A DNA stretch of 63,458 nt, counting the filler, from Candidatus Woesearchaeota archaeon (GTDB lineage: Archaea; Nanobdellota; Nanobdellia; Woesearchaeales; JACPBO01), in the NCBI GenBank assembly GCA_016180285.1. It is 3 parts of 3 records of this genome, joined end to end, with 100 filler letters (N's around TTAATTAATTAA, not from the genome) between each part and the next. Parts side by side here need not be neighbours in the genome. Positions count along the whole stretch, not along the records: positions 1 to 22,530 come from JACPBO010000019.1; 2 more parts are not named here. One strand, 5' to 3'. A model generated the notes under the pieces. It made no database searches. It had not been told where the DNA came from and was given only the letters and a program-made list of their open reading frames with translations. This document shows, in pieces, positions 1 through 9,467 of the stretch; position 1 is the stretch's first letter; each line of letters starts with the position of its first letter. The position numbers were made by a program, and so were the translations under genes.

Positions 1-1127
1 CCAACAGTTATTTTTTTAATTAAAATGTAAAACAAAAATAAAACAACAAGCCCGAGCAATATGCCAATCCAGTACTCTTCAAGAAAAACCAAAAAAACGC
101 TAATGCTGCCTTTGATTTTGCTCCATGTCTGATCTTTTTCCTTTATTGTTATTGCAAATGGCTTCTCGTACACTTCGCCAGAACTAACTTCGGCGGCAGT
201 TATTTTTCCTTCGTAAACTCCCTGATTAATGCCCAAGGGGTTTGCTGCAATGGTAATTTCCCTGATTTGCTTAGGAGCAAGCTTAAAACCAGTTTCATCG
301 AGAAACAGCCAACCCGGCTCCACGCTTAGAGCATAATTCCCTTCCTTAATTCCGTTATTCTCAAACATCATCCTTATTGTTTTTTTAGAATGATCTGTCT
401 CGATATTTGGAGCAGAAAATTCAAGCTTATAGCATTCATTGTTTGAAATGGCCTTTACATTTAAAGCTGCAGTTGATTCAGAAACCTTTGTTTTTGCTTT
501 AACAGAATAAATTCTTTCCGCTGCATTAAAAGGGTCGATTGCCAGTATTGCAGTTGTTTCCTGGCCAGGATCCAGCATTATTAAGCCTTTGTCAAGCTTT
601 GCATTATTTCCATTTAAAGATAAATTGATTGGTTGTGTTATTGTTCCTTTATTTTTTATCTTAACTGCATAATTTTTCTGCTCGTAGCAGATTTCATCAT
701 ATTCTTTCTCTATTTCAAGTTTAACAGAATAACAATCCTGAACCCTTATCTTCTGCCTTACTGTTTTTGTTGAAAAGCTATCTTTTATTCTTGTGTCCAG
801 CACATATCCGCCAATAAACCCGCACGGTATGCTTATTTTCTCTGCTACTGATCTTGTTTCTCCAGGATAAAGATCAAATGGCTTCAATTTAAGCTTGACA
901 AAGCCAGAAGCTGAATTAAATGCCTTTATTGAAATGCTTTTTGTTATCGCATCTGGATTTGTGATATATATTATGTTTGTATAATTGCTGCATGAGCAAA
1001 GATCAAGGCTGGCCTGCGAATAAGCGGAAATATCAGGCGATGCTTTTGCTGCTGAAATCAATGATAGAAAGAATAAGAACGTTACCGAAAAAAGAAATGC
1101 CTTATTTTGCAATATTTGTTTCTGCAT
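1..1127 (-). CDS. Secreted beta-rich (Ig-like) cell-surface protein with C-terminal TM helix; 3' end runs off the window
   Basis: Not in the ORF track. Read manually from ATG 1127: MQKQILQNKAFLFSVTFLFFLSLISAAKA (signal peptide), then IxNxG / LxPGE Ig-type motifs and hydrophobic YWIGILLGLVVLFLFYILI near position 1. No stop seen. Confidence 0.8.
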   Translation of the reverse strand, partial: MQKQILQNKAFLFSVTFLFFLSLISAAKASPDISAYSQASLDLCSCSNYTNIIYITNPDAITKSISIKAFNSASGFVKLKLKPFDLYPGETRSVAEKISIPCGFIGGYVLDTRIKDSFSTKTVRQKIRVQDCYSVKLEIEKEYDEICYEQKNYAVKIKNKGTITQPINLSLNGNNAKLDKGLIMLDPGQETTAILAIDPFNAAERIYSVKAKTKVSESTAALNVKAISNNECYKLEFSAPNIETDHSKKTIRMMFENNGIKEGNYALSVEPGWLFLDETGFKLAPKQIREITIAANPLGINQGVYEGKITAAEVSSGEVYEKPFAITIKEKDQTWSKIKGSISVFLVFLEEYWIGILLGLVVLFLFYILIKKITV

Positions 1128-1180
1128 CTTTGATCATTTCAATGAAGAACAATAAAAAAAGAAATTATAAAAAATAAAAA

Positions 1181-2449
1181 TTAATAATAGGTCTGTGTTG
1201 CTTCCTCTTCACTGCCTTCTTCCTTCTTTCTGGATTTTGTGAAGATCACTATTGCGCCGATTATGACCAGTATAACAACAAGAGCTATCAATCCGATCTT
1301 AAGGCCTTCCTTCAGCTTTTCAAAGCCGCTTACTGAAGCTGCTTTTACTGTTGCCTTAATTGAGCTTTCCTTGATTGTTTCTGAGCCTGAGCTTACTTTT
1401 AAAACAGCTGTGTGCTCCTCTGCTTTTGCATCATCATCTGCTGTGATCTGCGCATATACTGTTTTTGCCTCTCCTGCCTGCAGCACAACCACATTCGAAT
1501 CTTTAATTGCTGCTGTTGCCCATCCGGTTAAGCCATCTACGCTGATAACATAAGTCTTTGCTGCATTTCCTGCATTTGTAATTGTTATCGGATAAAGCAC
1601 GCTTTCTCCCCTTTCGACTTCCTGCGCTGTCATGGAGAATGAAACAAGTGTCTGGCCCTGAGCAGTTGCTGCTGTTGAGCATAATGGGCTTGCTGCTACT
1701 TTAATCTGCTTTTCTTCGCTTACCTTTTCATAGCCATCGTCATATATCGCTGTTGCCTTTACTGTATAAGTTCCTGCTGCTGCGCATTCAGGGATTCTAA
1801 GCTCTATTTCTTCTGATGTCTCAGACTCATCTTTTTCGACTTCATCTATATAATCATTCCCAGAAACACCCAATGACGGAATTTCAACTTTGACATTCAC
1901 ATCGTTTTCATCATTTTCCCCGACATTCTTGACTCTTGCTTTTGCAGTCAATAACCTTCCTGCTGTAACTTCATTTGAAGGGGTTAAGATCAAATCTTTT
2001 ATAACAATTGAATGCCTTGAATCTTTTACATGCAGCCTGTACAAGCCTTCAAAAGACGCGCTTGTTCTTCCTGCAACTGTGACTCTCATGTCATAATAAT
2101 CTTTTCCCAAATTATCAGGCAATTTCAATGTTAATTTTTTATAGACTGTATCGCCTGATGTCATATCAAATAAATGCGTTGTATCAGAAACGCGCTCAAA
2201 ATCGCTATACTCATAGCCTACGATATATGCAGAAACTTCAACATTGCTTTCATTTGCAGCTGCAAGCAATTTTACCTGCACGTTAAAATCATTGCCTCTT
2301 TCAACCTCTATCTTCTCTGCGGCATTTGGCTGAACAACATTGCCATCAATCTTGACTTCGCTTACTGTTGGAATTGCTGCTGCAATACTTGTAAATGCCA
2401 AAACACCTACGAGAAAAACTGCTAATATTCCTAAAATTTTTGCGTTCAT
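1181..2449 (-). CDS. Putative S-layer/CARDB-type surface protein with C-terminal TM anchor
   Basis: Signal peptide, Ig/CARDB motifs (VKNVGEN, ITNAGN), C-terminal TM followed by a charged tail ending TYY. SD-like GGGGGT upstream. Confidence 0.75.
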   Translation of the reverse strand: MNAKILGILAVFLVGVLAFTSIAAAIPTVSEVKIDGNVVQPNAAEKIEVERGNDFNVQVKLLAAANESNVEVSAYIVGYEYSDFERVSDTTHLFDMTSGDTVYKKLTLKLPDNLGKDYYDMRVTVAGRTSASFEGLYRLHVKDSRHSIVIKDLILTPSNEVTAGRLLTAKARVKNVGENDENDVNVKVEIPSLGVSGNDYIDEVEKDESETSEEIELRIPECAAAGTYTVKATAIYDDGYEKVSEEKQIKVAASPLCSTAATAQGQTLVSFSMTAQEVERGESVLYPITITNAGNAAKTYVISVDGLTGWATAAIKDSNVVVLQAGEAKTVYAQITADDDAKAEEHTAVLKVSSGSETIKESSIKATVKAASVSGFEKLKEGLKIGLIALVVILVIIGAIVIFTKSRKKEEGSEEEATQTYY

Positions 2450-2481
2450 TTTTTCTTACCCCCGATTTAATTTCTAAATTT

Positions 2482-2553
2482 GAAAGAGATTTTACCTCTT
2501 TCCTTCTGTAATCACCACTCATATTTAAACTTTTCTATTTTAGAGTGGTTACA
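2482..2553 (-). promoter_or_regulatory. BRE-TATA promoter of the surface protein, flanked by an inverted repeat, with a leader hairpin
   Basis: TTTAAATA (minus strand) 2529-2522. tgtaatcaccactc 2507-2520 pairs with gagtggttaca 2543-2553. Stem gaaagag 2482-2488 / ctctttc 2496-2502. Confidence 0.55.
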
Positions 2554-2561
2554 ATATCCAC

Positions 2562-5500
2562 TTAACGTATGATTATCTCCCTGTGCTTTATCCTTGTTAC
2601 TTTGTCATTGCTTACAACAATCCTGGCATAATATCTTCCTGGAACTGCTCCTTCCAGGTTGAGCGAAAGCTTTCTTGTTGCAGATTCGCCTTTGCTTAAA
2701 TCAAATGGCCCGATTCTCTTTCTAAGGCCCAGATCAGGCACTGTGAGCGTTATTGTATTGTCTTCCAGTTTTGTATCGCCTGTATTCTTTATTGTAATTA
2801 TTGCTGTAAGGTCATCATAAGGCGATAATGCATAATCGTTTTCAAATGTTATCTTGCTTACATACAGCTTGTCCTCTGGCGTTGGCGCTGCCGGAGCAGG
2901 AGAAGGCGCTGCAGGAATATTGCCTATTGTAAAATAGCTGTTTGATATGTCTTCATCTGAAAGATTATTTGACGATGCCACTGCTTTTATCAAATAATTT
3001 CCATCAAGCACAGAAGGCGTATACCATGAATAAATGCCTATGTTTGGCTGATTGAGCGCTATTGCAGCCCATGTTATATTATTTTGGCTATAATATAAGT
3101 CGATGGACAGATTTGAGCCGCCGTCTGTTGCAATCCATCTGATGTTTGCAGTTCCATTTAATGTTTCACCGCCATTAGGATAGAGAACTTCTATATTGGG
3201 AGCAAATACGTTATCGATCTGAAATATTGCATTTGAAACATCTTCTCCTGTCAAGCTGCCATCTGATGCTATTATCCTTATAAGATATGTTGCTGCATCC
3301 GGGACTGCTGTTGTGTTCCATGCATAAACGCCTGAATTTGCAATGCTTTGCGTGATATTTGTCCACGGTATGCTGTCATAGCTGTATTGAATTGCTATAG
3401 ACAATGGATTTGAATCAGGATCAGTTGCATTCCATGTTATGTTTTTTATTCCGCTCCAAACTTCGCCTCCATTTGGCGAAATGACTGTTACAGTTGGAGC
3501 ATTGTTCGGAGGAGGAATTGATGCAACAACTGTTGCGCCTGAATATCCTATGCCGCCATTATCATCTGCGACCCTTAAATTAACATTAAATGTTCCATTT
3601 GCTGCGCAATTATATGCCGGGTTTTGCTGAACTGCTGTTTCGAACACAGCATCGTTATTTAAATCCCAGTCATAAGTGAGTGTATCTAATATTCCGGGAT
3701 CAGTTGCCGTTCCTCTTAAAGTTATGAACTGCGAAACATTGCAGTAATAAGGGCCATTGGCGTTTGCAGTTGGCGCAACATTGCTGATTGTTACATTGGA
3801 TTGATTTGTAGTGCTGTGGCCGTCTGAATCAGTTACCCTTAAAACAATTGTGCCTGAAAAATCATCAGTCCACGTATAAGTTGGGTTTTGGCCCGGCGTT
3901 TCATAGCTCCCGTCATTATTCAGATCCCATTCAAATGCGTATGGAGGAGCCCCTCCTGATGCCAATCCTGTAAATGCTATAGGGCTTCCTTCAAATCCTG
4001 CATAGGGGCCGTTTGCATTCGCAACAGGCGTTGCATTTACAATAAAGCTCCATGAATAGCTTGATGGCATTATGTTTCCTGCAGGATCCTGGCAGCGCGC
4101 ATAAACTGTATGCGCTGCATCAGACAAAACATTTGTCAAATAAGTGTGAATTGTTGATGTTCCTGTAAATGCAAAATCCATGTCTGCATATGCTTCATCT
4201 ACGTCAATTGTTCCGCGGCATGCTGCATCTTCATTTGATGTTACATTCAGAACAGGTGTGTTTGTTGTGATTGTGCCTGTTGGCTGGCCATTCAACAATA
4301 TTGGAACTTGCGTGTCTATTGTAAATGCAGCATTGCCATTTCCGCTATTTCCTGCTGCATCCTGGCAGCTTACTGCAACGGTGTAAGTTCCATCAGCTAT
4401 TGCAGATGCTGGATTGCAGGTTAATGTATCGCAGCTCCATGCTACAGAAGCTCCTGCTGCAGAGCAGCTTGTTTGAGTGCCATCTCCGTTGATTGTTATT
4501 GTCGGAGTGTTGTCATTTGTTAAAGCAGCTGTTGTTGGGCTGATTACTGGCGGGGTGCTGTCTGTTGTGTAGGTTGTTTGCAATGCCTGCGAATATGATA
4601 GTCCGTCATAAACCCTGCAATATGCCTTGTGCGCTGCTGTGTCTGCTGCAGTTGCATATGTGCATTTCATAGCAGAATAAGAATAACTGTAAGCAGCATT
4701 TCCTTCATTGCAGATATTTGATGTTGCTGTTGGCTCAGATGCCAATTCACTGCAATAAAAATAAAGCTGGCCTTGTTCAATATCATTTGGGTTTGCAGGG
4801 GTTAATGCAACAGTATTGCCGCCTTTAAGCAATGCCGGGGATGCTGTTAAAAAGTCAATTGTCGGGGCATAATTGATTGCAAGGACATTTGCATTAAATG
4901 TGTCCCTGTCAGAATATTGGCCGTCTGACACTTCAACTGTTACTGCTGAAGCCCCGTATTTATGCGATGCCGGCTGCCCGCAGTTTATATATCTGTTGCC
5001 TGTTACAGAGCAATTCACCAAAGAAGGGTCTGATTGCGATGCTATATTATACGTCAGTTGACCTGCGCTTGTTTCCGGATCAGAAGCATACTGCCACAAA
5101 TCAATAAGATTTGCTGCTGGAATTGAATCTTCGTTAAAAGAAACATCCGGAAGATTTCCTATTGCCGGAGCTTCATTGGGCTTTGTGTTTATATAGATTA
5201 TTTCACTCGCCGCATCCTGAAGATTTTGAAGCCCATTGCAGTAAGGGCTGCTTGCAAGCCCGTCAATAGTTATATTATGGTTTCCCTGCCCTGAATTAAT
5301 CGGCCAGTCGAATGAAAATGAAACAGCATCATAATTGTTTATATTCGCAGAAATTGTCTTGGACTGCTGGCTTACAATCTGGCCATCTGCAACTCTTGTT
5401 ATTTTTAAATTCACATTTGCCTGAACCGGCATTAAGTTGTAATTGTTGTCAGCATAATTGCTTATCTTTGCTGCAGTTATTGTTATTGTTTCGCCGTCTG

Positions 5501-6374
5501 TCGGGAATTGGTCTGATGTTGCCAAATTATTCAGTATAGTGTAGCACATGTTCCTTGGCTGCTCCGGTATAACTGTGAATTCCTTTGAAGAAGACTGCTC
5601 TATTGATGAGCTGCATTTTGCATCAGGGACAGTTGTTGCAGCTTTTGCTGTATATTGGCCTGCCAGTGAAGGCGTCCATGTGAATTGGACTCTTTGCGAG
5701 CCGCTGGCAGGAATTGTTACGTCTTGCGTCTGCTGGTTGACAACATTTCCTGAAGAATCATATATTGTTAATATGATTCTTGTTGCAACAGAGTAATAAT
5801 CATTCGATAAAGAAGGCGGAATGTAATTAAGCGGGCCAGCATTGCGAAATGCAGCGTATGTTGTTGCATCAAGGCTTGCGCTTACATTTATAACTAAAGG
5901 AATGTTTGCCTGGGCATCATTTGTTACGCTGAATGTGTCAATAGGTGAGTAACAATCCTGCTTTTTTGACAGGTATCTTGTGTATGGGCCTTGAGGATCG
6001 CTGCCAGTGGTTCCCCACCATGTCGCCTTGCCTTCCATCGTAATATAACCTTGTTTGTAGTAATATACGCCATAGCCATATTGAGATTGCAACACAGTTG
6101 GATAAGTCAGCTGCATATAATTGTCAGCTCCAGAATTCTGCACTTGGCCACCCCATAAAGTGCCGCTAACGCTGTTGCAGCTGCTGTCTGCGCACACAAA
6201 GCCGATTACATTGACATTTGTTAACGGATTGTTTGTAGCCGTGAATACGCCTGAGCTTGAGATCACGCCTTCCTTAAAGTTATAATTTATGTATCTTGTT
6301 GCTGCTGCAGAGGCAGATAAGACTAACACTAGAAAGATCGTAATAAAAAGATTTATTTTTATTTTATCCATCAT
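2562..6374 (-). CDS. Large multidomain cell-surface protein (Ig-like/PKD/CARDB repeats)
   Basis: 1270 aa with signal peptide. Duplicated PKD-type motifs (ANANGPY...WDLNND, twice), PNGGE twice, DxxxP Ig linkers and a C-terminal CARDB-like IKNTGD. Confidence 0.85.
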   Translation of the reverse strand: MMDKIKINLFITIFLVLVLSASAAATRYINYNFKEGVISSSGVFTATNNPLTNVNVIGFVCADSSCNSVSGTLWGGQVQNSGADNYMQLTYPTVLQSQYGYGVYYYKQGYITMEGKATWWGTTGSDPQGPYTRYLSKKQDCYSPIDTFSVTNDAQANIPLVINVSASLDATTYAAFRNAGPLNYIPPSLSNDYYSVATRIILTIYDSSGNVVNQQTQDVTIPASGSQRVQFTWTPSLAGQYTAKAATTVPDAKCSSSIEQSSSKEFTVIPEQPRNMCYTILNNLATSDQFPTDGETITITAAKISNYADNNYNLMPVQANVNLKITRVADGQIVSQQSKTISANINNYDAVSFSFDWPINSGQGNHNITIDGLASSPYCNGLQNLQDAASEIIYINTKPNEAPAIGNLPDVSFNEDSIPAANLIDLWQYASDPETSAGQLTYNIASQSDPSLVNCSVTGNRYINCGQPASHKYGASAVTVEVSDGQYSDRDTFNANVLAINYAPTIDFLTASPALLKGGNTVALTPANPNDIEQGQLYFYCSELASEPTATSNICNEGNAAYSYSYSAMKCTYATAADTAAHKAYCRVYDGLSYSQALQTTYTTDSTPPVISPTTAALTNDNTPTITINGDGTQTSCSAAGASVAWSCDTLTCNPASAIADGTYTVAVSCQDAAGNSGNGNAAFTIDTQVPILLNGQPTGTITTNTPVLNVTSNEDAACRGTIDVDEAYADMDFAFTGTSTIHTYLTNVLSDAAHTVYARCQDPAGNIMPSSYSWSFIVNATPVANANGPYAGFEGSPIAFTGLASGGAPPYAFEWDLNNDGSYETPGQNPTYTWTDDFSGTIVLRVTDSDGHSTTNQSNVTISNVAPTANANGPYYCNVSQFITLRGTATDPGILDTLTYDWDLNNDAVFETAVQQNPAYNCAANGTFNVNLRVADDNGGIGYSGATVVASIPPPNNAPTVTVISPNGGEVWSGIKNITWNATDPDSNPLSIAIQYSYDSIPWTNITQSIANSGVYAWNTTAVPDAATYLIRIIASDGSLTGEDVSNAIFQIDNVFAPNIEVLYPNGGETLNGTANIRWIATDGGSNLSIDLYYSQNNITWAAIALNQPNIGIYSWYTPSVLDGNYLIKAVASSNNLSDEDISNSYFTIGNIPAAPSPAPAAPTPEDKLYVSKITFENDYALSPYDDLTAIITIKNTGDTKLEDNTITLTVPDLGLRKRIGPFDLSKGESATRKLSLNLEGAVPGRYYARIVVSNDKVTRIKHREIIIR

Positions 6375-6392
6375 GCCTTCTTTTTTAGGTTT

Positions 6393-7907
6393 TTAATTTA
6401 AACCTGGACCTATTATCTCGCCGTCGCCGAATTCTGCAGCTTCTGAACCGGCATTGCCATGAACATTTTTATAAACTATCCTTCCTGTGGCTGCGTCCCA
6501 TGATATTATAAATGCTGTTTCTAATTTATGCTTTTTAACAAAGTCTGCTAATTCATCCCAGTTTTTTGGATTGAGCATGTATGAGTGAAATTTATTTGAA
6601 GCATCTCCGAATGGGGCAGTTTCTCCAAACATCATGTTTGCGTTTCTCATTGCCTTTTCATTTCCACCCGTAAGAAGATCTGTTGGGATTACTGCGGCAT
6701 TCCTCAGAATCGTATTTGCTACTCCGCCCACATAAAAGCCGGATCCAATAGGATGCTGGACTATGCCGCGAGCATATTTACCTATAATTTCATCATACAG
6801 CTGCTGTTTTCTTCGCCTTAACGCCAACTCATCAGAGTCAAATTCAGCAGGGATTGATGGATCAGCCGGGTTCTTATACCATCCGCCTTTGAAATTTCCG
6901 CCGTTGCCGGTAATTTTATGATCGGGAGTTTTATGACCGAATGAAAAGTTTGTATTTTGAGCTTTGCCGCCTTGTATTGGTATTTCAGGCAGTTTATCTC
7001 CTTGTTCTTGAACGGATTTTTCTTCATCGTATTTTTTATTGATGCCATCAAATGCTGACTGAAGCAGAGAATTTTTGCTTTCAACTTCATTAATTTTTGC
7101 TTCTACCGCGGAAACTTTATTTTTAAGGCCATCATATTCTTTTAAAACCGAGGCAAGTGTTGTCTCAAGGCCTTCGGCTTTGTTTTTATATATCTTTGCG
7201 TCTTTTGCAGAGTTCCACCACCCTATAGAAGATGTTGCTACCCAAGCAGCCAATACGATTGTACCGAGAACCTTAAAATAAACTGATTTTGGCGACCCGC
7301 CTGTTTTGTTAAGAAGCGATGTTCCTCGCGTTATATCAGTTACTTTGTCATCCAAATACCCAGAAGCTTCATCATAAGAAACAACTTTGTGCCTTTTTTC
7401 TAAATCACAAGCGGATTTTATCAGATAGTCCCTTGCATATTCTGCATCTTCTGCTTTCTTGTATTTTTCTATACATTTATTCACGTGCGGAGAGAGCATG
7501 TTATGAAGGTTAATTAAATAATTCAGACTGACGGAATCAAGAGAATCTGCATATTTTTTTGTTTGTGATTCGAGAAAACCCAATGTTTTACTCCATTTAA
7601 CTCTTTTGCGAGAATTATCAAAAATTTGTTGATTGATTTCCTCTAAAACTATTGCATTTGTGCGGTTATATATCTGCGCATCATAAGAATCATATAATTT
7701 CTGAATTCTATCAGCAATTTCTGTTGTTTGTTTCGCTTCTTTATAAGGTCTGTTGGCTTTTGGCAAATAGTTGTATGGTTTTTGAATGTCATCAATATTC
7801 AATCTAGATGTTCTTGGAAAGAGCCTTGAATTCAAAGAAAGAGATTTAATTTCTGGCGAATCATAACCATACTGCATACCAGTAACTCTTGATATCAAAG
7901 TAGTCAT
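6393..7907 (-). CDS. Hypothetical single-pass membrane protein with coiled coil
   Basis: Long ORF. SD GGGGTG before ATG 7907. TM VLGTIVLAAWVATSSIGWW followed by a heptad-rich segment. Confidence 0.7.
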   Translation of the reverse strand: MTTLISRVTGMQYGYDSPEIKSLSLNSRLFPRTSRLNIDDIQKPYNYLPKANRPYKEAKQTTEIADRIQKLYDSYDAQIYNRTNAIVLEEINQQIFDNSRKRVKWSKTLGFLESQTKKYADSLDSVSLNYLINLHNMLSPHVNKCIEKYKKAEDAEYARDYLIKSACDLEKRHKVVSYDEASGYLDDKVTDITRGTSLLNKTGGSPKSVYFKVLGTIVLAAWVATSSIGWWNSAKDAKIYKNKAEGLETTLASVLKEYDGLKNKVSAVEAKINEVESKNSLLQSAFDGINKKYDEEKSVQEQGDKLPEIPIQGGKAQNTNFSFGHKTPDHKITGNGGNFKGGWYKNPADPSIPAEFDSDELALRRRKQQLYDEIIGKYARGIVQHPIGSGFYVGGVANTILRNAAVIPTDLLTGGNEKAMRNANMMFGETAPFGDASNKFHSYMLNPKNWDELADFVKKHKLETAFIISWDAATGRIVYKNVHGNAGSEAAEFGDGEIIGPGLN

Positions 7908-8035
7908 TAAACGCACCCCCGCTATTTTAGTTGAGATATTCAAACAGATATTTAAATCTTTTGTTTTGTTACTATTTTAAAATGGATAAGATTTAAGAGG
8001 CAAGCATTTAAATAACTGATCAATAGCCAAGCAAT

Positions 8036-9121
8036 ATGATCAGCATTATCGGAGCAGGCCCGGCAGGATGCTATGCAGCTTATCTGCTTGCAAAGAGCGG
8101 AAAAGAAGCCAGCGTGTTTGAAGAGCATCCGAAAATAGGCTTTCCTGTGCAGTGCACCGGCATTGTAACTGATGAAATAAACAATATACTGAAATTAAAT
8201 AAAGATGCGATTTTGAATAAAATAAGCAAGGCAAGGATCTTTTCTCCCAATGGAAATTTTTTAGAGTTAAAACTGAAAAATGAGAACATAATACTGGACA
8301 GGGCAAAGTTTGACCGGCATCTTGCTGAAATGGCTGAAAAAGAAGGCGCAAGGGTTTTTTTAAATAACAGATTTGTCAAATATGCGAATAATAAAACAAT
8401 AATTAAAAATTTAAAAAATAAAACCGCTAAAAAAATAAAAACGGATTATCTTATCGGAGCTGACGGACCGAATTCGTCTGTTGCAAAATCCGCTGGCTTG
8501 TTTGGAAAAAGAAAATTCTTATTTGGAAAACAGGCAAGAATAAAACTGAAGAATGAAAACATTGTTGAATTTTATCCTCATATCGGGAGCTATGCATGGG
8601 TTGTTCCTGAAAACGAAGAAATCGCAAGAATCGGAGTTGCTGCTTATGATGGCGTTAATGATGTTTTTTTAAATTTTTTAAATTCATTAAAAATGAATAA
8701 TAAAAAAATAATAAATTACCAAAGCGGATTAATTCCTCTTTATGATCCTGAAATAAGAATACAAAAAAACAACGTTTTCCTCTTAGGAGATGCTGCAGCG
8801 CAGGTCAAGGCAACAACAGGCGGCGGGATTGTTTACGGATTGAACGCTGCAAAGATTTTGGCTGATTGTATTTTAAGAAATAACGATTATGGCAAAGAGT
8901 GCAAAAAAATGATTGGAAAAGACCTGTGGCTTCATTTAAAGCTGCATGACATAATGAAAAAATTCTCAGATAATGACTGGAATCTGCTTATTGATTTATT
9001 AAATAAGAAAGAAACTAAGAAAACGATAGAAAAGCATGACAGGGAATATCCTTCGAAAATTCTTTTCAGGATCTTACTAAAAGAGCCAAGGCTGTTGTAT
9101 TTTCTGAGGCACATTTTCTGA
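8036..9121 (+). CDS. Geranylgeranyl reductase family flavoprotein
   Basis: GAGPAG Rossmann motif, LDRAKFD, IGADG, YAWVVP, LGDAA...TGGGI. Confidence 0.9.
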   Translation: MISIIGAGPAGCYAAYLLAKSGKEASVFEEHPKIGFPVQCTGIVTDEINNILKLNKDAILNKISKARIFSPNGNFLELKLKNENIILDRAKFDRHLAEMAEKEGARVFLNNRFVKYANNKTIIKNLKNKTAKKIKTDYLIGADGPNSSVAKSAGLFGKRKFLFGKQARIKLKNENIVEFYPHIGSYAWVVPENEEIARIGVAAYDGVNDVFLNFLNSLKMNNKKIINYQSGLIPLYDPEIRIQKNNVFLLGDAAAQVKATTGGGIVYGLNAAKILADCILRNNDYGKECKKMIGKDLWLHLKLHDIMKKFSDNDWNLLIDLLNKKETKKTIEKHDREYPSKILFRILLKEPRLLYFLRHIF

Positions 9122-9183
9122 TTTCCGAATTTCGATATTTCGTGAGAAAGATTTAAAAATATGTTCATCAAAAAACAGAAAGC

Positions 9184-9369
9184 ATGGATAACTCAGATGT
9201 TGCAGTAAATCCAAACGTAAAATATGATGGATTCTATGAAACAACAATAAAGTATAATGGCCAAAGAGTTTTTCAAAGCAAGATCAACGAAAAAAGTTAT
9301 CATAGAGAAACAAAGCCGGGTGTTTTAGAAATAATGACCAACGGAGAGATTAAAGAAATGTCCGATTAG
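9184..9369 (+). CDS. Small hypothetical protein (61 aa)
   Basis: AAAGATTTAAAAA promoter about 25 nt upstream of the ATG. Confidence 0.55.
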   Translation: MDNSDVAVNPNVKYDGFYETTIKYNGQRVFQSKINEKSYHRETKPGVLEIMTNGEIKEMSD

Positions 9370-9467
9370 GCAAACATAAGCAAATATGCGGGCTTATTCT
9401 GATTAAAACCAAAAACAATAAGCTTTATAAATGCTCGGCTTTTATTGCTGGCATAGAGGGGGTCTTA

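Noticed and set aside
977..1177. 66-aa plus-strand ORF
   Set aside because: Overlaps the real minus-strand surface-protein gene starting at 1127.
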